Assembly: GCA_965209035.1 (NCBI GenBank)
Contig: OZ242372.1
Location: 288,001 to 352,000 of the forward strand
Reading direction: 5' to 3'
Length of the DNA: 64,000 nucleotides
DNA from: Gammaproteobacteria bacterium
GTDB taxonomy: Bacteria > Pseudomonadota > Gammaproteobacteria > CBDBNL01 > JAAOII01
Positions 33,043 through 42,863 of the stretch are shown here, in pieces. Position numbers and translations under genes: made by a program. The notes under the pieces are model-generated. The model ran no database searches, had not been told where the DNA came from, and was given only the letters and a program-made list of their open reading frames with translations. Positions within the stretch are counted from its first letter, which is position 1; every line of letters starts with the position of its first letter.

Positions 33043-33507
33043 TTAGGCCAGACCAATGATACCGGTTAACACAACCCCCAGGGTCACCAGATTCAATCCC
33101 AACAAGAGACCGGTCGTTAAGGTGACTTTTGCTTCCAGATGTTTGACATCTCCCTGAACCTCCAGGATGGACTTCTCCATATCCGAACGCAACGCAAGAT
33201 TGGATTTCTCCATATCCGCACGCAACGCAAGATTGGATTTCTCCATATCCGCACGCGACGCAAGATTGGATTTCTCCATATCCGCACGCAACGCAAGATT
33301 GGATTTCTCCATATCCGCACGCGACGCAAGATTGGATTTCTCCATATCCGCACGCAACTTATTGATAGATTTATCCAAGGTGGTAAAGTAAAAGTCATAC
33401 TTTGCCGCCTCACTGGCAATGCGTTGCGCGTTTTCATCCGAAACGCCCGCAGCGCACAAGCCGTTATAAAGTCCTCTGTTTAACATACCGCTATGTTGTT
33501 GTCTCAT
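33043..33507 (-). CDS. Coiled-coil TM-anchored protein, paralog C (6 repeats)
   Basis: Same head and anchor; (L/S)RADMEKSNLA repeats. Confidence 0.75.
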   Translation of the reverse strand: MRQQHSGMLNRGLYNGLCAAGVSDENAQRIASEAAKYDFYFTTLDKSINKLRADMEKSNLASRADMEKSNLALRADMEKSNLASRADMEKSNLALRADMEKSNLALRSDMEKSILEVQGDVKHLEAKVTLTTGLLLGLNLVTLGVVLTGIIGLA

Positions 33508-33685
33508 AATATAGCTCTCCTTTGCTTATGATTTTTCTAAAATAACTACTAACACAAACATTATAACATCTTTTTTTGTTATGACAATTTTTAAATCTAA
33601 TCCGTTGAGATAATGCGTGCTTTGAGAGATGCCGTCGGGCTCATCGCAAAAACCCTCTAACAAATAATCACAATATAATAAAAGG

Positions 33686-34510
33686 ATGCCCGAACTACCG
33701 GAAGTGGAAACAACCCGCCGGGCTTTGGCGGGTGTTCTGAAAGGAAAAACCCTACTGAAACTAATCATTCGCCAACCGAAACTGCGTTACCCGGTCCGAG
33801 CGGATCTCCCTCAACTCTTGGAAAAAAGAACAATCACAGACATTTGTCGTCGCGCGAAATATGTGATCATCAAATTCTCACACGGCAATCTTCTGATTCA
33901 CTTGGGAATGTCCGGCAGTTTGCGAATGATTGAAAAGACCAAACAGCCGCCACCGCCTCTAAAACACGACCATCTGGAGGCACACTTTGCGGATTACCTC
34001 CTTCGCTATCATGATCCCCGCAGGTTCGGCTACTGGCTTTGGGAAGATGCCAAACTGCCCGCCGAACACTCCAAGTTGAGCGGTCTCGGTGTTGAACCGC
34101 TGGAGCGAAAATTTTCCGCCGCCTACTTCGGCGCAGTTATTCGCGGCAAAACAACTCCCATAAAATCCCTATTAATGAACAACAAATACCTGGTAGGTGT
34201 CGGCAACATTTATGCCAGTGAGTCCCTGTGGCTTGCCGGCATCATTCCGTTTCGGGCGGCGGGAGAACTCACAACGGACGAAACCGCCAAACTTGTCCGT
34301 TCTGTCAAAAGTGTCTTAAAGAAATCACTGCAAGCCGGAGGCACCAGCCTGCGCGACTATGTCACTGCGGAAGGAACCCCCGGCTACTTTGTGTTGAAAT
34401 TAAATGTTTACGGCAAACAAGGGTCCCCTTGCCGCAGATGCGGTGCCTCTGTCCGACGATCCGTTCTGGGGCAACGCTCGGCTTTCTATTGTCCGAAATG
34501 TCAAAAATAA
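33686..34510 (+). CDS. mutM: Formamidopyrimidine-DNA glycosylase
   Basis: MPELPEVET, RRAKY, HLGMSG, DPRRFG, GVGNIYA.E, C-terminal CxxC...CPKCQ zinc finger. Confidence 0.97.
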   Translation: MPELPEVETTRRALAGVLKGKTLLKLIIRQPKLRYPVRADLPQLLEKRTITDICRRAKYVIIKFSHGNLLIHLGMSGSLRMIEKTKQPPPPLKHDHLEAHFADYLLRYHDPRRFGYWLWEDAKLPAEHSKLSGLGVEPLERKFSAAYFGAVIRGKTTPIKSLLMNNKYLVGVGNIYASESLWLAGIIPFRAAGELTTDETAKLVRSVKSVLKKSLQAGGTSLRDYVTAEGTPGYFVLKLNVYGKQGSPCRRCGASVRRSVLGQRSAFYCPKCQK

Positions 34511-34543
34511 AAACTCATCCCGCGGATTTTTATCCGATTGGAA

Positions 34544-35980
34544 ATGAATCATAAAAAAGACACCGCGGCGAAAGACAAACTGCTAAAAGGATTTCTTAAA
34601 GAGCCTGCGGAACGCCTGACGATGCAGTTCTCCGCTTCGCATCGTTTTGATCGTGCACTCTTTAAGCAAGATATCGCCGTATCTCTGGCACATATTAAGA
34701 TGCTCAAAAGCATTGGTTTGCTTGATGACAAAGAACACGAAAAACTCAGCAATGCTCTCCTGCTAACGAAAGACAAAATTGCCAAGGGAAAGGTGGAATG
34801 GCGGGACGAATTGGAAGACATTCATATGCACATAGAATCTGAGATCACCCGGCAACTGGGGGAGACGGGTCGCAAGTTACATCCCGGCAGGTCACGCAAT
34901 GACCAGGTCGCAACGGACATACGACTTTACCTGCGCGATGCGACAGACGACCTCATTGACACGATTGCCCGACTGCGACAAGTTTTGGCGGAGCGTGCCG
35001 AAGAATATCATGCCGTCCTGATGCCCGGCTTCACTCATCTGCAACCGGCACAGCCGGTCACATTCGGTCATCATTTAATGGCATGGCAAGAGATGCTGGT
35101 GCGCGATCAAGAGCGGCTGACAGATTGCCGCAAACGCATTAACCAAATGCCCTTGGGGGCGGCCGCTCTGGCGGGAACTTCTTTCCCGGTGGATCGCACT
35201 CTGCTTGCCAAAGAACTCGGGTTTGACGCACCGATGAAAAACTCGTTGGACGCGGTCAGTGCCCGCGATTTTGCAATAGAGTTTGCGGCGGCGACGGCAA
35301 TCTGTATGCAGCATCTGTCGCGCTGGTCCGAAGAACTTATTCTGTGGTGTTCGCCTCAGTTTGGTTTTGTGGAACTGCCGGATCATCTTTGCACAGGATC
35401 TTCCATCATGCCGCAAAAGAAAAATCCGGATCTGCCGGAACTTGTGCGCGGCAAGAGCGGGCGTGTCTTTGGAAACCTCGTCGCACTGCTCACCCTGATG
35501 AAAGGACAACCGCTCGCCTACAACAAAGACAATCAAGAGGACAAGGAGCCGTTGTTTGATTCGGTGCGCACCTTGAAAGATTGCCTGAAAGTTTGGATAC
35601 TCTTGGCATCTGGCATGTGCGTGAACCCCGCCCGAACCGAAGCCGCGCTCAATCTCGGCCACATCAACGCCACCTGCTTGGCGGACTACCTGACCGCAAA
35701 AGGCATGCCGTTTCGCGAAGCATATGCCATCGCCGGTAAGGCGGTGCGTCAGGCAATCCGGAAAAAGAAACGACTGCAAGAACTCAAACCGGAGCAATTC
35801 CGACAACTGTCCGAGTTGATAGAAAAAGATATCTACCCGCAATTGGACTATGCCAACATTGTTGCCTCTTATGACCTGCCCGGCGGCAGTGCGCCCGCCC
35901 GAGTCCGGCAGGCCGCCCGCAACACCCTACTCGGACTCAAAAAGAGAGCAACACACCGGACCCCGCCGAATAAGACCTGA
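34544..35980 (+). CDS. argH: Argininosuccinate lyase
   Basis: EDIHM, GRSRNDQVATD, MPGFTHLQPAQP, TGSSIMPQKKNPD, YNKDNQEDKE. Confidence 0.97.
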   Translation: MNHKKDTAAKDKLLKGFLKEPAERLTMQFSASHRFDRALFKQDIAVSLAHIKMLKSIGLLDDKEHEKLSNALLLTKDKIAKGKVEWRDELEDIHMHIESEITRQLGETGRKLHPGRSRNDQVATDIRLYLRDATDDLIDTIARLRQVLAERAEEYHAVLMPGFTHLQPAQPVTFGHHLMAWQEMLVRDQERLTDCRKRINQMPLGAAALAGTSFPVDRTLLAKELGFDAPMKNSLDAVSARDFAIEFAAATAICMQHLSRWSEELILWCSPQFGFVELPDHLCTGSSIMPQKKNPDLPELVRGKSGRVFGNLVALLTLMKGQPLAYNKDNQEDKEPLFDSVRTLKDCLKVWILLASGMCVNPARTEAALNLGHINATCLADYLTAKGMPFREAYAIAGKAVRQAIRKKKRLQELKPEQFRQLSELIEKDIYPQLDYANIVASYDLPGGSAPARVRQAARNTLLGLKKRATHRTPPNKT

Positions 35981-36116
35981 TACCGTCCGGACACTCCCCC
36001 TTTTACCCGAACACCTCCAACTTTTTTGATCCGAGATACGGTTGGGCGAGTTCATCATGTGGCAGCCACGCCCCTGCCGTTGCATATTCGGTGTTCCTAT
36101 TCCTATAATATTTTCT

Positions 36117-36653
36117 ATGAAAGCCCTCATTGATTTTTTACCCGTTGTCGTCTTCGTTGTCGCCTATGTTCTCAGCGGAAGTATTTTTGTTGCCACCGCC
36201 TGGATTCTTGCGGCGTCCTCCGCCCAACTGACATTGACTTGGCTCATCTGGAGAAAGTTTGAAAAGATCCATCTGTTCACTTTCGGTGTGCTTTTAATTT
36301 TCGGTGCCGCCACCTTGATTTTGCGCGACCCGCGCTTCATTCAATGGAAGCCCACCATCGCCACCTGGTGTCTCGCCGTCGGCTTCTACGCCAGCACCCG
36401 CTTCGGGAAAAAGTCTGTTATGGAACGATTACTCGGAACAAAAATGACACTCCCCGGCGAAGTATGGAAGAGTTTGACTGTCTTTTGGTCGCTATTCTTC
36501 CTCGTTTCAGGCGGTGCCAACTTGTATGTATTGATGAATTACACCGAAGAGTTCTGGGTGTACTTCAAACTATACGGTCAACTCGGCTTAACGGTCGTTT
36601 TCCTGATACTGCAGAGTATTTACATTAGCCGCAAAGTTAAAGCGGCCGGTTAG
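36117..36653 (+). CDS. yciB: Inner-membrane septation protein YciB/IspZ
   Basis: MKALIDFLPVVVF, FIQWKPTI, FWVYFKLYG; start moved to ATG 36117. Confidence 0.92.
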   Translation: MKALIDFLPVVVFVVAYVLSGSIFVATAWILAASSAQLTLTWLIWRKFEKIHLFTFGVLLIFGAATLILRDPRFIQWKPTIATWCLAVGFYASTRFGKKSVMERLLGTKMTLPGEVWKSLTVFWSLFFLVSGGANLYVLMNYTEEFWVYFKLYGQLGLTVVFLILQSIYISRKVKAAG

Positions 36654-36666
36654 GTCATCATTCATC

Positions 36667-36966
36667 ATGTGGTATGCAATCATCTGTCGGGATCAGCCGC
36701 AGAGCGGGGAACTCCGCAACAAACTGCGCGACGAGCATCTGAAACGCCTAGATTCCTTGAGAGCGGAAGGCCGTCTCTTACTTGCCGGACCTATGCCCGC
36801 CACGGACAATGACCAAGCCGGCGAAGGCGATATTCTCGGAAGTTTAATCATTGCCGAATTTGAAAACCGGGAACAAGCCAAACACTGGGCAAGCGAAGAC
36901 CCTTACACCAAAGGAGATGTTTACCGGACAGCGGAGATTTTCCCCTTCATTCAAAGATTACCCTAA
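36667..36966 (+). CDS. yciI: YciI family protein
   Basis: MWYAI, R..HL.RL..L..EGRLLLAGP, GSLIIAEF, WA..DPY. Confidence 0.92.
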   Translation: MWYAIICRDQPQSGELRNKLRDEHLKRLDSLRAEGRLLLAGPMPATDNDQAGEGDILGSLIIAEFENREQAKHWASEDPYTKGDVYRTAEIFPFIQRLP

Positions 36967-37156
36967 TCAGGCATCTCCGCGCATTAATATTCCCCCGGCT
37001 CACACAAACATTACGGGTCCTGTTGAACTGTGAACAATGCAGCGAACAATGCAGCGAACGACGCGGCAAACAGCGCGGCGGTTTCCGCTTCCTTCCGGCT
37101 ATTTTTTTGTGCCGGAGTCCATTGGCAATCTCAATACCCGCGGTCATCCCACAAAA

Positions 37157-37879
37157 ATGAACGAAGATATTAATCGCGGTCAACTGCCGGAGGATTGGAA
37201 GAACATGATGGACTTCGCGCTGAAACAGTCTTTTATGGAGAAACTGAGATCCTTTCTTGCCTCGCAAAAAAAAGCAAACAAGACAATTTACCCGCCGATG
37301 GACATGCTTTTCAACGCCTTCAACTTGACACCCTTTGACCGGGTGTCCGTCGTTATTCTGGGGCAGGACCCGTATCACGGACCCGGCCAGGCACACGGAT
37401 TAAGTTTTTCCGTCCCCAAAGGGACCCGTCCGCCGCCCTCTTTGCAGAACATCTTCAAAGAACTCAAAAGCGACCTGGGCATTCAACGCACCCGCACAGA
37501 TCTCAGTGATTGGGCCCAACAGGGCGTCCTGCTGCTCAACAGTGTTCTCTCCGTGGAAGCACACAAGGCAAACTCGCATTCCAAGCGAGGATGGGAACAG
37601 TTTACCGATGCGGTCATTGACGCTTTACTCAGAAAGAGAGGGCAGAATCTGGCATTTGTCTTGTGGGGAGCGTCGGCACAAAGAAAGGGAGAGCAAATTA
37701 ACGCGGACCGGCATCTGGTGATCCGTTCGGCACATCCCTCCCCGCTTTCGGCTGAAAGAGGGTTCTTTGGCAGCCGTCCGTTTTCTCGCATTAATGCATT
37801 CCTGATGGCGGAAGGACGCGAACCAATTCACTGGGGAGAGGCGGAGCAAACCTCGCCTCCAAATGAGCACCCAAATTAG
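37157..37879 (+). CDS. ung: Uracil-DNA glycosylase
   Basis: VVILGQDPYHG..QAHGLSFSV, PPSLQNI, GVLLLN, HPSPLSA; start moved to ATG 37157. Confidence 0.96.
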   Translation: MNEDINRGQLPEDWKNMMDFALKQSFMEKLRSFLASQKKANKTIYPPMDMLFNAFNLTPFDRVSVVILGQDPYHGPGQAHGLSFSVPKGTRPPPSLQNIFKELKSDLGIQRTRTDLSDWAQQGVLLLNSVLSVEAHKANSHSKRGWEQFTDAVIDALLRKRGQNLAFVLWGASAQRKGEQINADRHLVIRSAHPSPLSAERGFFGSRPFSRINAFLMAEGREPIHWGEAEQTSPPNEHPN

Positions 37880-37894
37880 CATTCAAGTTATTAA

Positions 37895-40156
37895 ATGAAC
37901 GCTTTTATCGGAAACTTTTCCCTGGCAATCGCAATGACCCTGTCGCTGACATTGTCAGTGTTGCCGTTTCTGTTGCCGGGCAAAACCGGGCAGAGCCCGG
38001 CACTGCCACATACGAGCGCAAACATACCAAAACTGCTGCGTAACTATTCTCGCTCTCTTGCCGGCGGTGTTCTGTTCTTTCTTGTCTTGTCTTTGCTTGC
38101 CTTGATGACCGCTTTTGTCACAGATGACTTCTCGCTTGAGTATGTTGCCGCCAACAGTGGCAAAGCACTCCCGCTCATATTTAAGATCAGCGCTATTTGG
38201 GGAGCACACGAAGGATCTATGTTGCTCTGGTGTTTCATATTAAGCGGATGGTTTTTTGTTTTCGCCAACTTGCGCCAAAAAGATCCCACAAACGCGCCGG
38301 GCTTCCGGATCACCGTCCTTGCCCTGGCAAGTGCTTTTCTGAGCCTGTTCCTTGCCTTCGTGCTGTTTCTGTCCAACCCTTTTGGAAGCGTCTTCCCCCC
38401 GCCTGCGGAAGGAAACTACCTCAATCCCTTGCTGCAAGATTTTGCGTTCATCATGCATCCGCCCTTTTTGTATATGGGATATGCGGGTCTCGCCCTGGTT
38501 TGTGCCATCGCACTGGCAACATCTTTGCATAATTTGCCGCCAAGGGAAAGCGGTCGTCTTTTAATTAACTGGGCACGCAACTCTTGGGCATTTCTGACAA
38601 TCGGCATTGGTCTCGGCAGTTGGTGGGCATACTACGAACTCGGTTGGGGTGGTTGGTGGTTCTGGGATCCGGTTGAAAATTCTTCGCTCATGCCCTGGCT
38701 TGCCTTGGCCGCCCTCGTTCACTCCGCCGCCGCTCTAAGAAAAAGGCAACAACTCCAAGGTTGGGTTCTTTTTTTGGCTCTTCTGTGCCTGAGCTTAAGT
38801 TTGATGGGCATCTTTCTGGTGCGTTCCGGTCTGCTCACCTCCGTGCATGCCTTTGCTCTGGATAAGGAACGCGGGCTATTTTTACTTGCCATTTGGCTTC
38901 TTTGCACCCTGGCCGGCTGTGTTATGCTTTACCTCGGTTACAAGCGCGAACGCAAAAAGATTTCCCCCCGATCGCGCACCCTTGTTCTCTTATTGAACAA
39001 TCTGTTACTGCTCAGCGCGCTTTTTTGTGTGTTTGTCGGCACCTATTATCCGCTTCTTGCCGACTGGCTATATGGCAGACCCATTTCCGTCGGCGCACCC
39101 TACTTTTCGCAAGTCATCACTCCTCTTGCCCTCGTGGGCGGCTGCATCGCCGCCTTTGTCGCTTTGTTCTCATGGAATGAGGCGAACGAAGGGAGTGTGG
39201 GGGAAGGGAGTGAGGACAACAAGAGGAGTGGCGACAGAATCACTAAAATGGCAATACCCGGCAATTCCGAGAATTCCGACAAGGACCCCGCGCAAAAAAA
39301 CATCTTACCGATAAAAAAATTATCGGGTTTCTTTTTAATCTGTGTTTATATGATTCTGTTTTCCGCAGGGGTTGCCCTCGCCTTTCCTTATCTGTATGCA
39401 GGCAGTGCTAATCTCGGCGCGTCTCTGTTTGTTTTTGTCGGTGTTCTCTTATTGTGCGGCACCCTGGCGGAGGTCCGCAACCTTGTGAAGCCGAGTGCCG
39501 CCGGAGAAAAAGGCAAACAAAAGTCACTCAAAAGAAAAAGAAGGAAAAGATTGTGGAGTATTCTTCCGGGACATCTGGGGTTTGTGCTCTTGATACTTGG
39601 CACGGGGCTCAACGGTATTTATCACCAAAAGGTGCGTGTCATTGTCCAGCCCGGCGAGAAGTTTGAGCAATTCGGCTACGAATGGACGCTCAAAAATATC
39701 GAAGCGGGCAGAAAAGACAACTACGAATACATGCGGGCACGACTGATTGCCACAGACCCGAAAAACGGCAAAGAAATTCAATTCTTACCCGCCCGCCATC
39801 TGTATGACATCAGGCAACAGGTAACCGCCGAGTCGGCGATTCATCCGGGAGCCTTTGCGGATATCCTTGCCACATTTTCACCTGATTTTACGGGGTCTCC
39901 CAATCGCAACAAAGGGCATTTGTTTGTTCTGCAGTGGCAACCGTTTGTCCGCTGGGTTTGGGCGGGCGGAATTTTTATTGCCCTGGGAGCATGGCTGGGT
40001 TGGTTGGGGGAGCGGAAGTCTCGCCGGCACCACAAACGCAAGGAACGCCACAAAAAAAGCGAGGAACGCGAGAAACACAATAAAAAACTTCCCGGAACTT
40101 CCCAAACGGCAGCATTAATAAGCACCGGGATAGGCACCGGGACAAGCACAAGATGA
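37895..40156 (+). CDS. ccmF: Cytochrome c heme lyase CcmF (with charged insertions)
   Basis: WGAHEGS, LNPLLQ, HPP.LY.GY, WAYYELGWGGWWFWDPVENSSLMPW, LVRSG.LTSVHAFA. Confidence 0.95.
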   Translation: MNAFIGNFSLAIAMTLSLTLSVLPFLLPGKTGQSPALPHTSANIPKLLRNYSRSLAGGVLFFLVLSLLALMTAFVTDDFSLEYVAANSGKALPLIFKISAIWGAHEGSMLLWCFILSGWFFVFANLRQKDPTNAPGFRITVLALASAFLSLFLAFVLFLSNPFGSVFPPPAEGNYLNPLLQDFAFIMHPPFLYMGYAGLALVCAIALATSLHNLPPRESGRLLINWARNSWAFLTIGIGLGSWWAYYELGWGGWWFWDPVENSSLMPWLALAALVHSAAALRKRQQLQGWVLFLALLCLSLSLMGIFLVRSGLLTSVHAFALDKERGLFLLAIWLLCTLAGCVMLYLGYKRERKKISPRSRTLVLLLNNLLLLSALFCVFVGTYYPLLADWLYGRPISVGAPYFSQVITPLALVGGCIAAFVALFSWNEANEGSVGEGSEDNKRSGDRITKMAIPGNSENSDKDPAQKNILPIKKLSGFFLICVYMILFSAGVALAFPYLYAGSANLGASLFVFVGVLLLCGTLAEVRNLVKPSAAGEKGKQKSLKRKRRKRLWSILPGHLGFVLLILGTGLNGIYHQKVRVIVQPGEKFEQFGYEWTLKNIEAGRKDNYEYMRARLIATDPKNGKEIQFLPARHLYDIRQQVTAESAIHPGAFADILATFSPDFTGSPNRNKGHLFVLQWQPFVRWVWAGGIFIALGAWLGWLGERKSRRHHKRKERHKKSEEREKHNKKLPGTSQTAALISTGIGTGTSTR

Positions 40157-40683
40157 CCCGCAAATCTCCCTATCAAATCGGTATTTTTCTGGTAGCCCTG
40201 ATCGCGTTTGCGGTAGGCATCAGCCTTTCCGTTATTCTGTTTTACGAAACAACTGAAACAAAACCGCAAGATTCCGCACTGCCGCAGTTTTCAATGCCCG
40301 TTTTGGAAACAGCGGGACAGGCACCGGCAATATTCACAAACCGGCAATTGGAATTGCCCGCCCTGTTCAATGTCTGGGCAAGTTGGTGTGTCTCTTGCAG
40401 GTATGAACATCCCGTTCTAATGGATCTTGCCGACCGCGGCATTCGCATTTACGGCATCAATTACCAGGACGAAACAGCCGAGGCACAAAAATGGCTCCAA
40501 CAAAACGGAGATCCGTATCTTGTAAGCATCAAAGACAAGCGCGGTATTCTCGGTGCCAAACTCGGGCTTTTCGGAGTTCCCGAAACCTACTTTGTTAATG
40601 CGGACGGTAAAATATCCGAACGCCACATCGGCATCCTGACCGAGCAGGTCTGGCAGGAGAAGTTCCGGCATCTGTGGAAATGA
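40153..40683 (+). CDS. ccmG: Thiol:disulfide interchange protein CcmG/DsbE
   Basis: N-terminal TM, NVWASWCVSCRYEHP, GVPETY. Confidence 0.93.
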   Translation: MTRKSPYQIGIFLVALIAFAVGISLSVILFYETTETKPQDSALPQFSMPVLETAGQAPAIFTNRQLELPALFNVWASWCVSCRYEHPVLMDLADRGIRIYGINYQDETAEAQKWLQQNGDPYLVSIKDKRGILGAKLGLFGVPETYFVNADGKISERHIGILTEQVWQEKFRHLWK

Positions 40684-41816
40684 ATGACACCCGCATCCGC
40701 AATATGAAATCGGCAAGTAGTTTCCCGCGGCAAGTTCCCGTCCCCCGCCCCCTTAAAAAAGAAATTTCGGTCAATAGCGAAGTGCGGGAAATGCAAGAAA
40801 TACGCGAAATGCGCGAAATGCGCCAAATACACAGAGGCGTTTGTTACCGACTTTACAAAACGGCTATCAAACAAGCCGGGCAAGCCAAGGAGCGGGATGT
40901 TGTTTTGCGCGTCCCTGTCCGAGGGGTATCTTCTCTCAGCCCCATCGGCGACCTTGAACACATCGGCAACAGATACAATCAATTTGCCGCCACCGGCTAT
41001 TGCGTCGCCGCACTCAAAGTATTTGAAATCAATGACCCTCTCATCTATCCTGACGGCGCCATCATGACTGAACATATCACAGGGCGGCGGGTACAATTGC
41101 CGGCAGACTTCTCTTACGCCGCCGAGTGTTTATTGGCATTACACCAAAGCGAAGCGGAAGGTGACATGCATGAGACCGCAAAAAAGAAAGAATTGAATCT
41201 TGAGGAAACGATCAAACACAGAATGCGGTATCTTGAACTTGCCCCGATTGAACCACAAAGCAAACAACTAATACGAGACATCAGGGAAAAAGCCGAGAAA
41301 AAAGCAATGAGCGGCGGCGACGGCAGAGTTCGGGTCACTCGTAGTTTTCCAATCATGGCCGACACCCATCCGGGCAACTTTGTGGTTACGAAACAGGATG
41401 GCAAAGAAAAGATGATCGCTCTGGATGTGGAAAGTGATTACACAGGTGACCCCGTTTGGGATCTGGCACACTTTTCTCTGCTTTCTTCTCTCCTCTGGTG
41501 TCATCCCGGAGCAACGCCTTTGAGCACAAGTAGCATCCTTTCGTTTTACGAAAAATACCGCGGATTGAATGCGACGTCCCCCAAAAGAAAACAAATTCCC
41601 GTCGACTCCCTGACACCCGCCCGCTGTCTGGCGGCAAGATGGCAGATCCTATGTCGCACCCTTGGCTGGATGCTGTCGTTAATGTGCCTTGCCAAATCGG
41701 GAGAAATTCGCCCGCCCCAAAAGGCACTTGAAGCCGCGCATCATATTGTTTGTCCGGATAATCTGAACAGGATCATCCGGCAAGAAGAGGAACTGAACAC
41801 AGCATGGACAGCATAG
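40680..41816 (+). CDS. Aminoglycoside phosphotransferase/choline kinase-like protein
   Basis: MTEHITGR, LLALH, ADTHPGNF (Brenner-like), LDVE, GDPVWDLA; ATGA overlap with ccmG. Confidence 0.65.
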   Translation: MNDTRIRNMKSASSFPRQVPVPRPLKKEISVNSEVREMQEIREMREMRQIHRGVCYRLYKTAIKQAGQAKERDVVLRVPVRGVSSLSPIGDLEHIGNRYNQFAATGYCVAALKVFEINDPLIYPDGAIMTEHITGRRVQLPADFSYAAECLLALHQSEAEGDMHETAKKKELNLEETIKHRMRYLELAPIEPQSKQLIRDIREKAEKKAMSGGDGRVRVTRSFPIMADTHPGNFVVTKQDGKEKMIALDVESDYTGDPVWDLAHFSLLSSLLWCHPGATPLSTSSILSFYEKYRGLNATSPKRKQIPVDSLTPARCLAARWQILCRTLGWMLSLMCLAKSGEIRPPQKALEAAHHIVCPDNLNRIIRQEEELNTAWTA

Positions 41817-42363
41817 AATCTTGCCTTCAACAAGAGGCACATTTCGGCATAGTCCATAGCCAATTTAATGGTGAACTCTGCGACAGATTGGTCACCGGTG
41901 CGGAAGAATTTTTAAGAAACCGCAAGATCAACGACAACCGCATCATCAAACTTAAAGTTCCGGGGGCATTTGAATTACCCTTGGGTGTGCAATATCTTGC
42001 CGAGCATTTTGCCGGGCATCAAACTGCCTCCTCGCCAAACACACCGGTCGGAGTGATCGCGTTGGGCGTCATCATCCGCGGCGAAACGCCTCATTTTGAA
42101 TATGTTGCCGCTGAATCCGCGAGCGGGATCATGCAAGTGAGTCTGAAGTTGGCATGCCGGTCGGCTATGGCGTCATCACGGCAAACTCTTACCAACAAGC
42201 CGAAAACCGTTGTTGCCTCGATATCCTACAAGCAGGGAAGGATACCAAAAAGAAAGAAGAATCTGTCCGAACAAATAACGGCTATCAGGCGGCCGGTGCG
42301 GTGTGGCAAATGCTTCTTGCCAAAAATTGTCTCAAATCTGGCCCGAAGCCGGCCCAAAACTGA
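41804..42363 (+). pseudogene. ribH: 6,7-dimethyl-8-ribityllumazine synthase, 1-nt frameshift near 42150 (pseudogene or sequencing error)
   Basis: VPGAFELP, IALGVIIRGETPHFEYVA in the first frame; MPVGYGVIT...QA..R...NNGYQAA in a second frame (42154-42363). Confidence 0.85.
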
Positions 42364-42392
42364 ATCGGAGTGAGTTAGAAGTTAGTTATTAA

Positions 42393-42863
42393 ATGAAGCG
42401 AGAACATCCCATCATGCAAAGACGACTGGCACGGCGTCTGGTGCTGCAGGCCCTGTATCAATGGCAAGTATCCGCCGAACCGCCGCAACATGCCGAAGAC
42501 TATGCCCGGCACAGCAAAAATTACGAGAGGGCGGACAAAGAATACTTTCACAAATTGTTTGTCGGCATTACGCAAGATGTCGCTTGCTTTGACGAACAGA
42601 TTGTTGAATGCACCGACATCCGCCCCGAAGATCTGCACACAATGGACACCCTGATATTGGGCATCTTGCGTATCGGTGTTTACGAATTGATGCGCGAACC
42701 GAACCTCAGCGTTGCCATTGTCATTAACGAAGCCGTTATTCTCGCCAAAAACTTTATGCATCGGGAGGCAGCCGGATACATCAATTCCATATTGGATCAA
42801 GTTGCCGCTTGCCTAAAACGCAAAACCGATGCCAGTCCGACATCGGCAACAAAATCAACATGA
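42393..42863 (+). CDS. nusB: Transcription antitermination factor NusB
   Basis: RRLARRLVLQALYQW, ILRIGVYEL, VINEAV.LAK.F, YINSILD. Confidence 0.94.
   Translation: MKREHPIMQRRLARRLVLQALYQWQVSAEPPQHAEDYARHSKNYERADKEYFHKLFVGITQDVACFDEQIVECTDIRPEDLHTMDTLILGILRIGVYELMREPNLSVAIVINEAVILAKNFMHREAAGYINSILDQVAACLKRKTDASPTSATKST

Noticed and set aside
31940-33360. CRISPR or diversity-generating retroelement reading of the 33-bp repeats
   Set aside because: Repeats are contiguous and in frame within ORFs; no spacers, reverse transcriptase or adenine-specific variation
22900-33600. Prophage or integrative element at either tRNA
   Set aside because: No integrase, phage genes or duplicated tRNA 3' ends seen; accessory genes lie on the 5' side of both tRNAs
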